From NCBI GenBank assembly GCA_039802605.1, contig JBDRWW010000002.1, forward strand, positions 32,001 through 96,000: DNA of 64,000 nt. Reading direction: 5' to 3'. A program made the translations under genes and the position numbers. The notes beneath the pieces were generated by a model. That model did not search any database and was not told where the DNA came from. It was given only the letters and a program-made list of their open reading frames with translations. Below, one piece after another: positions 9,494-18,875 of the stretch (positions are counted from its first letter, which is position 1; the number at the start of each line of letters is the position of its first letter). This DNA comes from a candidate division WOR-3 bacterium (GTDB lineage: Bacteria > Hydrothermota > Hydrothermia > LBFQ01).

Positions 9494-12400
9494 TCCACCT
9501 TCAATTAGTTTAACCTCCTCTTCTGTTAAGCCGTAGAGTTTATAGACAATCTCATCTATTTGTTTTTCAATGGCTTTGACCTCTTCCCGTTTTTGCTTGT
9601 TTGTTTCGTAATCGGGAGATTGGGTTAAGGAGAGGATTTTATCCACAAGGTCAACAATTGGTTTTTGTTGTGATTCGGAAATTTTGGGAATGGGAATGCG
9701 TTCTACATATTGATTGGAAAGCAGAAAGCCCTTATCGGCATATTGATGAACATAAGTTTTAACATAATAATCAATGGGGCGAGAATTTAGCACACCTATT
9801 AAAAAGCGAAGATTATTCCCAACCATAAAAGCCATAGAGTCAAGAACATACATACCCTTCGGTGTTAAACAAAACGCGAATTGTTGAGTCACCCTTTGCC
9901 ACACAATCTTTTCCTTTTCAAATTCTTTTAGAAAATCATCTGTTGGATTGTTATCAAGTTCAAGCCAGTGGTGTTGGCCGGGGTAATCTTTATTTTCATT
10001 GTTTTTTCCACCCCTCGTATAGCGACATTGTCCCCTTGCTTTGAGTTGCTTTTCGTATTTTGATAAATGTTCTACAACAGATGGATAAAGATGTGCTTCT
10101 TTATAAAAACCGAATTTTGCCAAAATCACCCACAACCCCGCCCATTTATATCTCCACTTTTCTATATCTCTACCTCTCAAAACCGGCTTGATTATCTCTT
10201 CTGTCCTCTTTCTCTCTTCCTCTGTTTTGCAATTAGCGAGGATTTTGTTTCTCGTTTCCGTATCAATAATAAACGCTTCGTTAAAACCTGTTTTTATTCC
10301 AAAATAAATTTTCACCCTCCAATCCTTCAAAGGTTTCCCAACCTTCTCAATCTTCTCTTTTAATCTCAGAACCCTCAAATCCTCAATTATGAAAATGTTT
10401 TCCGTAAATGCAACATTCTGAGGAACTAAGAACTTGTTTTTGTTGAAGTATTCAAAAATGCTTACGGTTTCCTTTCCCCTCTCTTGATATTCTTTAATTT
10501 CCTCGTATTCCAGGCCTTCCGTAAAAACCAAATCCCTATCCACAACCTTACAAACCTCAACATTGTGGTCGTTATTTGGCTTCTCCTTTTTTATTATGAA
10601 AATCGCCGTATCAACCGTAGCATCCTTGAAAACCCTATAACCTGCAAAATCTATTACCTTGACGATTTTGAAGTTGTTGGAAATATACCTCCTCAAATCC
10701 TTGCCATAAGATGCCCTCATAAATTTGTTTGATGTTATTAAACCCAAATATCCGCCATTCTTCAAAAGACTAAGCCCCCTTTCGTAGAAATAAACATATA
10801 TATCCGCCCTACTATTAAAGGTGTTTTTGAAAAATTTCTCCAAAGACTCCTTAAAACCCTTTAACCTCTCCTGCCTTATATAGGGCGGATTTCCCAGAAC
10901 AACATCAAAGCCATCCTTCGCATCCGGAAACTCAATTATGAAGTGGAAAGGCTTTAAGTTTAAATCCAATTTTGGGATTTCCTCGTTTAACTTTTCCCTA
11001 AATTCAACTATTCCCCTTTCAAATTGTTTATAAATCTCTTCACTCCTTTCAACCTCTTCAATGGTGGCATCGTTTAATTCGTCTATGGTTTTAATGAGGT
11101 GCTGTAATTTTTGAAAGGCCGGTGATTTCCCAAACCAATCCAGTGGTTGAAGCCCATGACCATAAACACTATTTCCAACCTTTATATGGTGGTCTAAGAA
11201 TGTTAAGGGTAATCCGGTGGAAAATGTATGAAGCCATAGAGATACTTTTGCCAATTCGGTGGCAAGGGGGTTTATATCAACACCATAAACGCAACGCTTT
11301 AAGACAATCCTTTTTATCGTGTTTTCATCGTAATCCGCAAATCTGCTTTTATATTCCATCTCCTCTTCAAACCTGTTTATAACCATTAAAATCCTATCCA
11401 CCAAAAAATTAACAACTTCAACCAGAAAATGCCCACTTCCAACAGCAGGGTCAAGAACCTTTAAACTCAAAATCCTCTCAACGGGGTCGTTCATCCTCTT
11501 CAACTCCTCCCTCATCTCCCTCGCACTTTTATCCCTTATTCTTCCGTTTTCCTCAACCTTTGGGTCTAGATTTAACCTCTTAAACTCCTTTAACAGTTCC
11601 TCCTTTCCCATCCCTTCAATCCTTTCAAAATCCCTCTTGGTGTCCTGTATAATCTCGTTAATCTTTAAGCCCAATGTGTTCTCAACTATGAATTTAACCA
11701 CAAAATCGGGCGTGTAATAAACCCCTTCCATCTTCCTCGTAGTGCTTTTACCCTCACCCTTCTCCAAAAACAAACCATCGCGATTAACCTTTAAGTCATA
11801 TTCCAAAACCGTCTCGTAAATACTTCCCAAATTCCTAACCGAAAGCGTCCTGTAATTTATATAATTTCCCTCGTAATACGATAAAGCCCCCAAAACCTCC
11901 GCAATTACCCTATCGCTTAGCCTATATTTATCAAAGAATTCGTCGCTTCTAAACAAACCGCCGTTATACTTCGGAAAGTTTAAATTTTCATCCCCCTCGT
12001 CCATCATTTTGAAAGCCGCTTTTAAGTCTTCCCAAAGAGTATATGACTTATCCGAAAAATTCTTCCCATTTACTTCCTTCCTCAACTTCCTCGTACTATA
12101 ACTGCCTAGGTCTAACAAGCCCCTATCCTCCGCATAGAAAAGGAATAAAAGCCTATACAAAAGGATTAGGGTTTTTTCCTTCAAAACCTGTAAGTTCTTC
12201 TCCCCCTGTTTGTAAAACTCCCCCGCTATTAAAGGTATAACCTCATAGAAAACCTTTTTTGTCAAATCCTCCGAAACCCTGAAACGATAACCCTCGCTCA
12301 TGTATATAGCCTTTTCCAGGTTATCTGGAAAATTTTTTGCATTTAGCAAATGATAGTACAGCGAAAATGATTTTATGTTTTTTTCGTTGTTGAATATGTC

Positions 12401-12889
12401 GTTTTTTGCCAAGGCCGAAAAGTCAAACTCAACATAATCTTCAAGCTTCCCCTCGTAATAAATCCTATACCTAAGTCCATCGGTTAAAACACCAAACCTT
12501 ATGGTTTTCCTAATTTCATAATCAACGAGGTAGTTTTTAACTTGCCTCGCCGGACTTCTTCCACCACTTGCCTTATCAAAATCCACCCCTATCCTTTTGG
12601 CCTCAATTAGCAATACGGGTTTTCCATCCTTATAAACCTCAATGTCCGGCCTGAACCCGCCGCTCCTACCGCCTTCCCTATGCCAATCATCATAACCTAG
12701 TATATCTATAAAAACGGGTCTCAATATGTGATCGACAACATCGGCCTCGTTTTTAACCCTGTTTAGAGCCGTTTTTATAACCCCCTTGAAAGCCTCAAAC
12801 CCGTCCTTATACTTGTCTTTAATTTCATTGTATATAAGTTCTAAGATGAACTCGCTTAAAAGGTTTCCGCTTAGGCCCGTCAAGGACAT
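9485..12889 (-). CDS. Type IIG (Eco57I/TaqI-C-like) fused restriction endonuclease-N6 adenine methyltransferase
   Basis: N-terminal PD...IEAK nuclease motif, YYTPDFVV, LDPAVGSGHFL, GNPPYIRQE, C-terminal TRD ending VYKLYGLTEEE. Confidence 0.92.
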   Translation of the reverse strand: MSLTGLSGNLLSEFILELIYNEIKDKYKDGFEAFKGVIKTALNRVKNEADVVDHILRPVFIDILGYDDWHREGGRSGGFRPDIEVYKDGKPVLLIEAKRIGVDFDKASGGRSPARQVKNYLVDYEIRKTIRFGVLTDGLRYRIYYEGKLEDYVEFDFSALAKNDIFNNEKNIKSFSLYYHLLNAKNFPDNLEKAIYMSEGYRFRVSEDLTKKVFYEVIPLIAGEFYKQGEKNLQVLKEKTLILLYRLLFLFYAEDRGLLDLGSYSTRKLRKEVNGKNFSDKSYTLWEDLKAAFKMMDEGDENLNFPKYNGGLFRSDEFFDKYRLSDRVIAEVLGALSYYEGNYINYRTLSVRNLGSIYETVLEYDLKVNRDGLFLEKGEGKSTTRKMEGVYYTPDFVVKFIVENTLGLKINEIIQDTKRDFERIEGMGKEELLKEFKRLNLDPKVEENGRIRDKSAREMREELKRMNDPVERILSLKVLDPAVGSGHFLVEVVNFLVDRILMVINRFEEEMEYKSRFADYDENTIKRIVLKRCVYGVDINPLATELAKVSLWLHTFSTGLPLTFLDHHIKVGNSVYGHGLQPLDWFGKSPAFQKLQHLIKTIDELNDATIEEVERSEEIYKQFERGIVEFREKLNEEIPKLDLNLKPFHFIIEFPDAKDGFDVVLGNPPYIRQERLKGFKESLEKFFKNTFNSRADIYVYFYERGLSLLKNGGYLGLITSNKFMRASYGKDLRRYISNNFKIVKVIDFAGYRVFKDATVDTAIFIIKKEKPNNDHNVEVCKVVDRDLVFTEGLEYEEIKEYQERGKETVSIFEYFNKNKFLVPQNVAFTENIFIIEDLRVLRLKEKIEKVGKPLKDWRVKIYFGIKTGFNEAFIIDTETRNKILANCKTEEERKRTEEIIKPVLRGRDIEKWRYKWAGLWVILAKFGFYKEAHLYPSVVEHLSKYEKQLKARGQCRYTRGGKNNENKDYPGQHHWLELDNNPTDDFLKEFEKEKIVWQRVTQQFAFCLTPKGMYVLDSMAFMVGNNLRFLIGVLNSRPIDYYVKTYVHQYADKGFLLSNQYVERIPIPKISESQQKPIVDLVDKILSLTQSPDYETNKQKREEVKAIEKQIDEIVYKLYGLTEEEVKLIEGGLS

Positions 12890-12899
12890 TTATACAAAA

Positions 12900-12983
12900 T
12901 GCCGGGAGCGGGACTCGAACCCGCACGGGACTAAGCCCACTGGATCCTAAGTCCAGCGCGTCTGCCAATTCCGCCACCCCGGC
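12900..12983 (-). tRNA. tRNA-Leu (anticodon TAG), CCA not encoded
   Basis: Reverse complement GCCGGGGTGGCGGAATTGGCAGACGCG CTGGA CTTAGGA TCCAG, long variable arm, GGTTCGAGTCC, CCCGGC A. Confidence 0.97.
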
Positions 12984-13056
12984 AAGGCGAATATTATAAA
13001 GATGATAAAACCACCTTAAAACTTTAAGAATTAGCGTTTAACCCGGTTTCTTCGGA

Positions 13057-14397
13057 TTACTTTCCTAGTTCCGCCAAAACCCTCCTAACCTCTTCCCTAG
13101 CCCTTTTCGCATCCTGGACGAATTTCTCAACAAGGTTCATAGGGCAGAATGGACCACACATTGAACATGCAACGGTTTTTGATGCCCTCTGCTCAAATAT
13201 CTCCCTTGCCTTTTTGGGGTCTAACGCTAATGAGAGTTGCGCCTCCCAATCCAAGGCGTACCTGGCCCTTGACATCGCCAAATCCCATTCGGCCGCACCC
13301 TTAACACCCTTTGCTATATCCGCAACATGGGCCGCTATCTTGAATGCTATTACTCCTTCCCTTACATGTTCAACCGTTGGTAACCCCAAGTGTTCGGCGG
13401 GTGTTATATAACACAGCATATCCGCACCCGCCCATCCTGCAACCGCACCGCCTATTGCCCCCGCTATGTGATCCCAACCGGCCGCCACATCCGTTGGAAG
13501 CATTCCGAGGATATAAAACGGAGCCCCCTTTGTTATCTTCTTTTGGGCTATAACCTGAGCCTGGATCTCGTTTAAGGGCACATGCCCCGGACCCTCCACC
13601 ATCACCTGAACGCCCGCATCCCTACACCTATCAACGAGCTCACCCAAAACCAAAAGTTCGTGTATTTGAGGCCTATCAAAACTATCCGCTATGCTTCCGG
13701 GCCTTAGGGAATCGCCGAGGCTAACCGTAACATCGTATGTGCGCATTATATCAAGTATATCGTCAAACCTTTCAAGCAAGGGGTTTTCCCTATTGTGATA
13801 CATCATCCAAGCGGCCAACAAACCACCACCCCTGGAAACAACCCAAGTCGTCCTTCCCTGATTCTTCATAAACCTTAAACCTTCAAGGGTTATACCGGCG
13901 TGTATGGTCATAAAATCAACTCCATCCCTTGCATGCGTCTCTATGGCCTCTATGAAATCGTCGGGTTCAAGGTCAAAAACCGAGCCCTTTTTCTTCGCCG
14001 CATCAAATTCCGCCTCATAAACCGGAACACTACCGAGGGGAACTTCGCATATTTCCATTAAAGCCCTTCTTATAGCCCTTAAATCTCCACCTGTTGATAA
14101 GTCCATAACCGTATCCGCACCGGCTTCAACGGCGACCAAAAGTTTTTGCTTTTCCTCCTCCACATCCACATAATCAAAAGATGTTCCGATATTGGCATTA
14201 ACCTTAGTCTTTAAACCCTTGCCTATTCCTACGAGTTTTCTCAGGTTCTTTGAAAGGTGTATTTTGTTTGCCGGGATAACTATTTCCCCACGGGCCACAC
14301 CCTCCATTATAACCCTCGGGTCAAGCCCCTCAACATCTGCAACATATTCCATTTCGGGGGTAATTATACCCCTCTTTGCCGCTTCCAATTGCGTCAT
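13057..14397 (-). CDS. thiC: Phosphomethylpyrimidine synthase
   Basis: KVNANIGTS, MDLSTGG, SLGDSLRPG, EGPGHVP, CYITPAEHL, C-terminal CSMCGPFC. Confidence 0.97.
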   Translation of the reverse strand: MTQLEAAKRGIITPEMEYVADVEGLDPRVIMEGVARGEIVIPANKIHLSKNLRKLVGIGKGLKTKVNANIGTSFDYVDVEEEKQKLLVAVEAGADTVMDLSTGGDLRAIRRALMEICEVPLGSVPVYEAEFDAAKKKGSVFDLEPDDFIEAIETHARDGVDFMTIHAGITLEGLRFMKNQGRTTWVVSRGGGLLAAWMMYHNRENPLLERFDDILDIMRTYDVTVSLGDSLRPGSIADSFDRPQIHELLVLGELVDRCRDAGVQVMVEGPGHVPLNEIQAQVIAQKKITKGAPFYILGMLPTDVAAGWDHIAGAIGGAVAGWAGADMLCYITPAEHLGLPTVEHVREGVIAFKIAAHVADIAKGVKGAAEWDLAMSRARYALDWEAQLSLALDPKKAREIFEQRASKTVACSMCGPFCPMNLVEKFVQDAKRAREEVRRVLAELGK

Positions 14398-14411
14398 ATT
14401 TTTATCTCCTT

Positions 14412-14433
14412 TGGGGGGCGCGATGGCCCCCCA
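14412..14433 (-). other. Intergenic GC stem-loop between thi4 and thiC, directly before the thiC SD (AGGAG)
   Basis: Minus strand TGGGGGGC-CATCGC-GCCCCCCA. No U-tract follows, so an mRNA stabiliser is more likely than a terminator. Confidence 0.5.
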
Positions 14434-14441
14434 TTTTACCC

Positions 14442-15215
14442 TTAAACTTTAACCTCTAAGTTCTCCAAAACCAAACGCGCAGCCTTCTTTCCGGAAAGGA
14501 GCATTCCGCCGAATGTTGGCCCCATCCTGTTAAGTCCGAAGGTTTCCGCAACGGCCATTCCGCACACTATTAGGCCGGGATATACCTCGGTTGTGTATTC
14601 AACCACCGCATCTTCCGAAGCATTCACATTCATGGCCCCTAATCCCTTTATCTCAACCAGACCCCTGTTCGCCAACTTCTTAACCGCTACGGCGTCGTGT
14701 CCGGATGCATCTATTACGAACTTCCCTTCAAGGGCTATGGGGTCAACGCAGGTTATAGACCTCGGCAATGCCCTTACGGGGCTCCAATTCACAACCACAC
14801 CCGATACCCTGTTATCCTTTACGACTAAGTCGTCTAAGAATGTTAGTTGTAGGAAACGAACACCGCTTTCGGCCGCCGCTGCTATTAACTTTGAGGCTGC
14901 TAAGGGTCCATACGCCGCGTATAAGCCGTCTTCAACCTCCTCGTATCTCACCCCTATCTCGTCAAATATCTCGTTTGCGGGATGGCGCACCGTGACGGTG
15001 TTCATAAAGTATCCACCGAGCCAGAAGCCACCTCCGAGGTAGTTGTTCTGCTCAATTACGAATACCTTTAATCCGGCCTTGGCGAGTTCGTAAGATGCTA
15101 CTAATCCCGAAGGACCCGCACCTATCACAAACACATCCGCGTTTAAAGCCTCGGAGAGGTATATAGCCTTACTAATTGCTGCTTCGCTTATGCCTTTAAA
15201 TATTCCGTTTTTCAT
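14442..15215 (-). CDS. thi4: Thi4-family thiazole (adenosine diphosphate thiazole) synthase, Cys-type
   Basis: GAGPSG, GGGFWLGG, ITCVDP, DASGHDA, RMGPTFGGMLLSG. Confidence 0.93.
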   Translation of the reverse strand: MKNGIFKGISEAAISKAIYLSEALNADVFVIGAGPSGLVASYELAKAGLKVFVIEQNNYLGGGFWLGGYFMNTVTVRHPANEIFDEIGVRYEEVEDGLYAAYGPLAASKLIAAAAESGVRFLQLTFLDDLVVKDNRVSGVVVNWSPVRALPRSITCVDPIALEGKFVIDASGHDAVAVKKLANRGLVEIKGLGAMNVNASEDAVVEYTTEVYPGLIVCGMAVAETFGLNRMGPTFGGMLLSGKKAARLVLENLEVKV

Positions 15216-15275
15216 GGCTTCCCTACTTTTCTATATTGTATTAAACCTACCGGGGAGCCTTGGAACCTGATGGAA

Positions 15276-15375
15276 GGGCACCTTCCCTACGCCGGTATTA
15301 CCCGGATCAGGTTCCAAGGGTTGGACCCATTCGGGTCCTCTCAGCCGGGGCTTGCCCCCAGCACCCCCGGTGCCC
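15276..15375 (-). promoter_or_regulatory. TPP riboswitch
   Basis: Minus strand GGGCACC GGGGGTGC...GCTGAGAGG...ACCCTTGGAACCTGATCCGGGTAATACCGGCGTAGGGAA GGTGCCC, upstream of thi4-thiC. TATAAT at 15385-15390. Confidence 0.97.
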
Positions 15376-15385
15376 GTAATGGGTA

Positions 15386-15775
15386 TTATAAGGGTGTCTT
15401 TTTTATCCTGTTTATGAAGGATTTAACCTTGGATAGTAAATCCACCATTTCTAAAAGTTCTGCCTCCGAAATCCTTTCGTACTCATGGGCTATGAGGTTT
15501 CTTAAAAATATAAGCCTTTTGGTGTAATTGAGTTCATCCTTTGTTATAATTCCCGCTTTATAAAGTATCTCAAATATTTCCCTGTAAGTTGATGGATAAC
15601 CCAGCATTTTCTTGCCCACCAAATATTCCCCAATTTCTATAAGGGAATTTACCGCCTGAAAGCATTCCATAGCCAAGGTGTTGTAGATTAAGTAGTCCGA
15701 AATGTCCTTATTTTTAAGTTTTAACGCCCCATTTAAATGCCTTTCAAACCTTAAAACGGCCTTTGACAATCTCAT
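15386..15775 (-). CDS. hepT: HepT-like HEPN ribonuclease toxin (DUF86)
   Basis: RNLIAHEY (Rx4HxY). Overlaps the upstream MNT gene (ATGA). Confidence 0.88.
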   Translation of the reverse strand: MRLSKAVLRFERHLNGALKLKNKDISDYLIYNTLAMECFQAVNSLIEIGEYLVGKKMLGYPSTYREIFEILYKAGIITKDELNYTKRLIFLRNLIAHEYERISEAELLEMVDLLSKVKSFINRIKKTPL

Positions 15776-16137
15776 TTTAGGATTTCCCTTTCCAAAAACC
15801 TATAAAGTCTTGCGTGTTCCAAGTAATCCCTTATGACCCTAAACCTTATTTCCCCCAAGAATTCTTCGTCGGCAACATATATTTCTTTCCCATACTTTAA
15901 AACTTCGTATTGTATATATACCGGCAATCTGTGGAACAGCACGACATCCACATTCCTTGAATATAAACTCCCTATATCCGCCTCATCCCATCTATCCGGT
16001 TCTTTCAGTATCACCGCAATATCAACATCGGATAAAGGCTTTTCTTCACCCCTTGCAAAAGAACCAAAAATATAAATCGCCACGGTTTTTGGATGTTTCT
16101 TTATGATTTCTATTATCTTTTCAACCTCAGTAGGCAT
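15772..16137 (-). CDS. mntA: MntA-like minimal nucleotidyltransferase antitoxin
   Basis: FGSFARGEEKPLSDVDIAV (GSx10DxD). Paired with the HEPN gene. Confidence 0.88.
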   Translation of the reverse strand: MPTEVEKIIEIIKKHPKTVAIYIFGSFARGEEKPLSDVDIAVILKEPDRWDEADIGSLYSRNVDVVLFHRLPVYIQYEVLKYGKEIYVADEEFLGEIRFRVIRDYLEHARLYRFLEREILK

Positions 16138-16211
16138 AAGGGGATTATAAAGTTGAAGCGTAATTATGATTACTCCGCAAACAGACCTTACCCCCTTATA
16201 ATATCCACATT

Positions 16212-17771
16212 ATGGTAGGTATGCTATTCATAATTGCCGGCGGAGGACCCGATGGATATGGGTATTACTGGTTTGATAACGGTGATGGGGTGCCTTTTGA
16301 GTGGTATGACCTGCAAAATCCACCCTCATGGGCGTATGTCCCTATAATGGATTCCGCGGATGGTACATTGGCAAATGCCATGTGGATACCAACCTCTGCA
16401 CAAACGAGGATAACGGGAGGTGACGAGCAGTATAACAACTCACAAACCCTACCCTTTAATATTACATATTTTGGAAATACCATACCCGCGGGTTCTAATT
16501 TTACAATCTCAACAAACGGTTGGCTTGCATTCGCTTCATACACTTCACCATACCTTTCAAACACATCGTTTCCAAATCCCGCCTTACCAAACAACATAAT
16601 AGCACCTTTTTGGGATGACCTCGCGAGTAGGGTATGGGTGGGTGTAATAAATGATATAAGGACATATTGGCCACTCTGGCCCGATTCAACGGCCGCTTTG
16701 GTTATAACATGGGATAGTGCGGGTTATTGGTTATCCTCCGACTCAAAGGTTGCGGAATTTCAGGTTGTAATACTTGATACCACGGATCCGAACGGGAACA
16801 ACATAATTGCGTTTATATACAAATCCCCATTGGTTGGAACGGCTACGAGAAGCGCATCCATAGGGTTTGAAAATTCAACGGGCACAATGGGGAATGCTTA
16901 CACGGGAGTTTTAAGCGTTGGTACAACACCTTCCGCAACAAACTTTAACCCCGGTGTGGTCGTATTCAACTCGGCTTATATACCGGGTGACTCCGATGTT
17001 GTGTTTTTGGGTAGCGGTGATGAGTACTTATTCACATACAATTTGCCCTTTGATGTCAAGTTTTATGGCACAACATACGCCGCCGGTTCTCCGGTAAAGA
17101 TATCAACAAATGGTTTCATATCCTTTGATGCGAGTATAACATCACCTTATTTGAGTAATTCTTCCATACCTTCAACATTGTCGCCCAACGCTTTATTGGC
17201 AATATGGTGGGATGATAATGTTGTTGATGGGGCGATAAAGACAAAGGTTATAGGAACGGCGCCGAATAGGAAATGGGTTGTTAGGTGGGAGAGGGTTAGG
17301 AGGTATGGGGGTTCAGGTGGCACGGCGGATTTTGAGGTTATAGTTTATGAGGATACAACATCAACGGGCGACAACAAAATAGTATTCTCCTACAACGATA
17401 CAAACTTTGGGTCTTCAACACCAAGTGCCACCATAGGTATAGAGAATCAAACGGGTTCCATTGGATTACCCTATACGGGTAGCAGGATAACCGGGACACA
17501 ACCGAACATATCCGCAATACTTGATAGCACATCTATATTATACCAAACCGAAATCTTCACATCCGTTTCGGAAAGGGCTAATATGTTTAGCGTGTTCATA
17601 ACAAAAGAGGGTGTGAAAGTTATCGGAAAGGCCAATGTGGATGTTTACAACGCCATTGGTAAAAAGGTTTTATCTTCAACTGTTGAGAATTCCACTTTAA
17701 AACTTGAAGACCTTCCAAGGGGTATATACTTCATACGCGTAGGAGACAAAACCTATAAGTTTATCAGGTAA
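16212..17771 (+). CDS. Secreted protein with two tandem NIDO-like domains and a T9SS-like C-terminal domain
   Basis: GGPDGYGYYW start. The unit LPF..F/YG...ISTNG...SPYLSN...PN..[IL]A.[FW]WDD...SA[ST]IG[FI]EN occurs twice. C-terminus VYNAIGKKV...LPRGIYFIRVGDKTYKFIR. Confidence 0.75.
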   Translation: MVGMLFIIAGGGPDGYGYYWFDNGDGVPFEWYDLQNPPSWAYVPIMDSADGTLANAMWIPTSAQTRITGGDEQYNNSQTLPFNITYFGNTIPAGSNFTISTNGWLAFASYTSPYLSNTSFPNPALPNNIIAPFWDDLASRVWVGVINDIRTYWPLWPDSTAALVITWDSAGYWLSSDSKVAEFQVVILDTTDPNGNNIIAFIYKSPLVGTATRSASIGFENSTGTMGNAYTGVLSVGTTPSATNFNPGVVVFNSAYIPGDSDVVFLGSGDEYLFTYNLPFDVKFYGTTYAAGSPVKISTNGFISFDASITSPYLSNSSIPSTLSPNALLAIWWDDNVVDGAIKTKVIGTAPNRKWVVRWERVRRYGGSGGTADFEVIVYEDTTSTGDNKIVFSYNDTNFGSSTPSATIGIENQTGSIGLPYTGSRITGTQPNISAILDSTSILYQTEIFTSVSERANMFSVFITKEGVKVIGKANVDVYNAIGKKVLSSTVENSTLKLEDLPRGIYFIRVGDKTYKFIR

Positions 17772-17778
17772 TACAAAC

Positions 17779-17804
17779 GGGGGAGGGGGAAACCCTTCCC
17801 CCTT
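17779..17804 (+). terminator. Likely intrinsic terminator hairpin after the 16212 gene
   Basis: GGGGGAGGGG-GAAA-CCCTTCCCCC followed by TTAT. Abuts the -10 box of the tRNA promoter. Confidence 0.6.
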
Positions 17805-17819
17805 ATAATATCATCTCGC

Positions 17820-17892
17820 GGGGCCGTAGCTCAATTGGCAGAGCAGCGGACTCATAATCCGTGGGTTGGGGGTTCGAGTCCCTCCGGCCCCA
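17820..17892 (+). tRNA. tRNA with CAT anticodon (probably tRNA-Ile2, possibly elongator Met), CCA not encoded
   Basis: GGGGCCG TAGCTCAATTGGCAGAGCA GCGGA CTCATAA TCCGT...GGTTCGAGTCC...CGGCCCC A. The paired 1-72 position excludes an initiator tRNA. Confidence 0.93.
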
Positions 17893-17895
17893 CTT

Positions 17896-18342
17896 CTGGT
17901 TTCGTTTGATAAACATAAAAACCTCTTAAAACTTTTTCGGGAATTCAGGGATAACGAGGAAAAATACGATAAGGTTTTAAAGGAGTTTGAGAACTTTTTA
18001 AACCTCGAAGAGGAGCCCATAACTTATAGGGCTATGGCCTTTGATGTTTTGAGAACGGCGGCATTAGAAAATCCCAGGGATTTAAGGTATGAACCATATA
18101 TAAGGAGACTCGTGGAAAAACTTTTGAGGTTTAAAACTTTAAGAAAACACCTCATTTACGATTTTGAGTATTTGTTCGGGGAGTATTTCTATTCGGAACA
18201 CATATACCCAATAGCCCTAATCTTTTGGAATACCCTAAACGAATTGGGCGCATACGATTCTTTGGAAAGAATAAAGAAAGAAATCCTATCATCGCGGGTT
18301 GAGGATTGGATAAATAGGGCAAAGGATATGGGTATATTATGA
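17896..18342 (+). CDS. Hypothetical helical protein, start uncertain (CTG 17896 directly after the tRNA)
   Basis: Open frame with host-like codon usage. The ORF-track start at 17866 lies inside the tRNA. Confidence 0.55.
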   Translation: MVSFDKHKNLLKLFREFRDNEEKYDKVLKEFENFLNLEEEPITYRAMAFDVLRTAALENPRDLRYEPYIRRLVEKLLRFKTLRKHLIYDFEYLFGEYFYSEHIYPIALIFWNTLNELGAYDSLERIKKEILSSRVEDWINRAKDMGIL

Positions 18343-18875
18343 TACAGTTGGGAATTGCCCTTTTGCTGTTCCTTATACACTTGTACTATGCGCATTTTAA
18401 AAGGGATTTGAGGCCGGGGGCGATAGCCATAATATTCATGCACTTGTTTGCAATATGGGGGATATTTTCCATTTTTGGGAATATAAAGGGTGCTATAATA
18501 AGCGTAATAGTAATAACCGCTTTGATGGGTATATCCACGATTGTTTATATTTTTCAGAACCTCAGGCTTTCGGATGAAAGGTTAAAGTTTAAAAGGGAGG
18601 TTGATGAACTTTATGAGAGGGTATGGGAAATCGTTGAGGGTTATGGCGACCCTTTTGAGTTTATAAAGGATTTTGATAGGGTATGGATTTTATCCAAAAC
18701 ACTTGGGGATGATGAGGATAAGGAAAAACTTGAAAAAATATTGGTAATAATCCAAAACCGTAGGGATGTATTTGCCTTAGAAGAAATTTATCAATACGCC
18801 CTTAAGAAAGGAATACCCAAGAAAAGGTGGTGGTTTTACCTTTGGGAGTTGGAAAGGAATGCGACCAATATTTGA
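18339..18875 (+). CDS. Hypothetical membrane protein (3 N-terminal TM plus a soluble tail)
   Basis: Hydrophobic N-terminal half. ATGA-coupled to the upstream ORF. Confidence 0.65.
   Translation: MIQLGIALLLFLIHLYYAHFKRDLRPGAIAIIFMHLFAIWGIFSIFGNIKGAIISVIVITALMGISTIVYIFQNLRLSDERLKFKREVDELYERVWEIVEGYGDPFEFIKDFDRVWILSKTLGDDEDKEKLEKILVIIQNRRDVFALEEIYQYALKKGIPKKRWWFYLWELERNATNI

Noticed and set aside
15249..15275. Apparent second TPP aptamer on the plus strand (accggggagccttggaacctgat)
   Set aside because: It is the antisense image of the anti-aptamer strand and lacks the CUGAGA and P5 elements.
17866..17895. ORF-track starts that overlap other features (17866, 26217, 42041, 38310, 48462, 43994, 676)
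   Set aside because: They lie inside a tRNA or a neighbouring gene, or precede the recognisable family N-terminus. Starts were reassigned.
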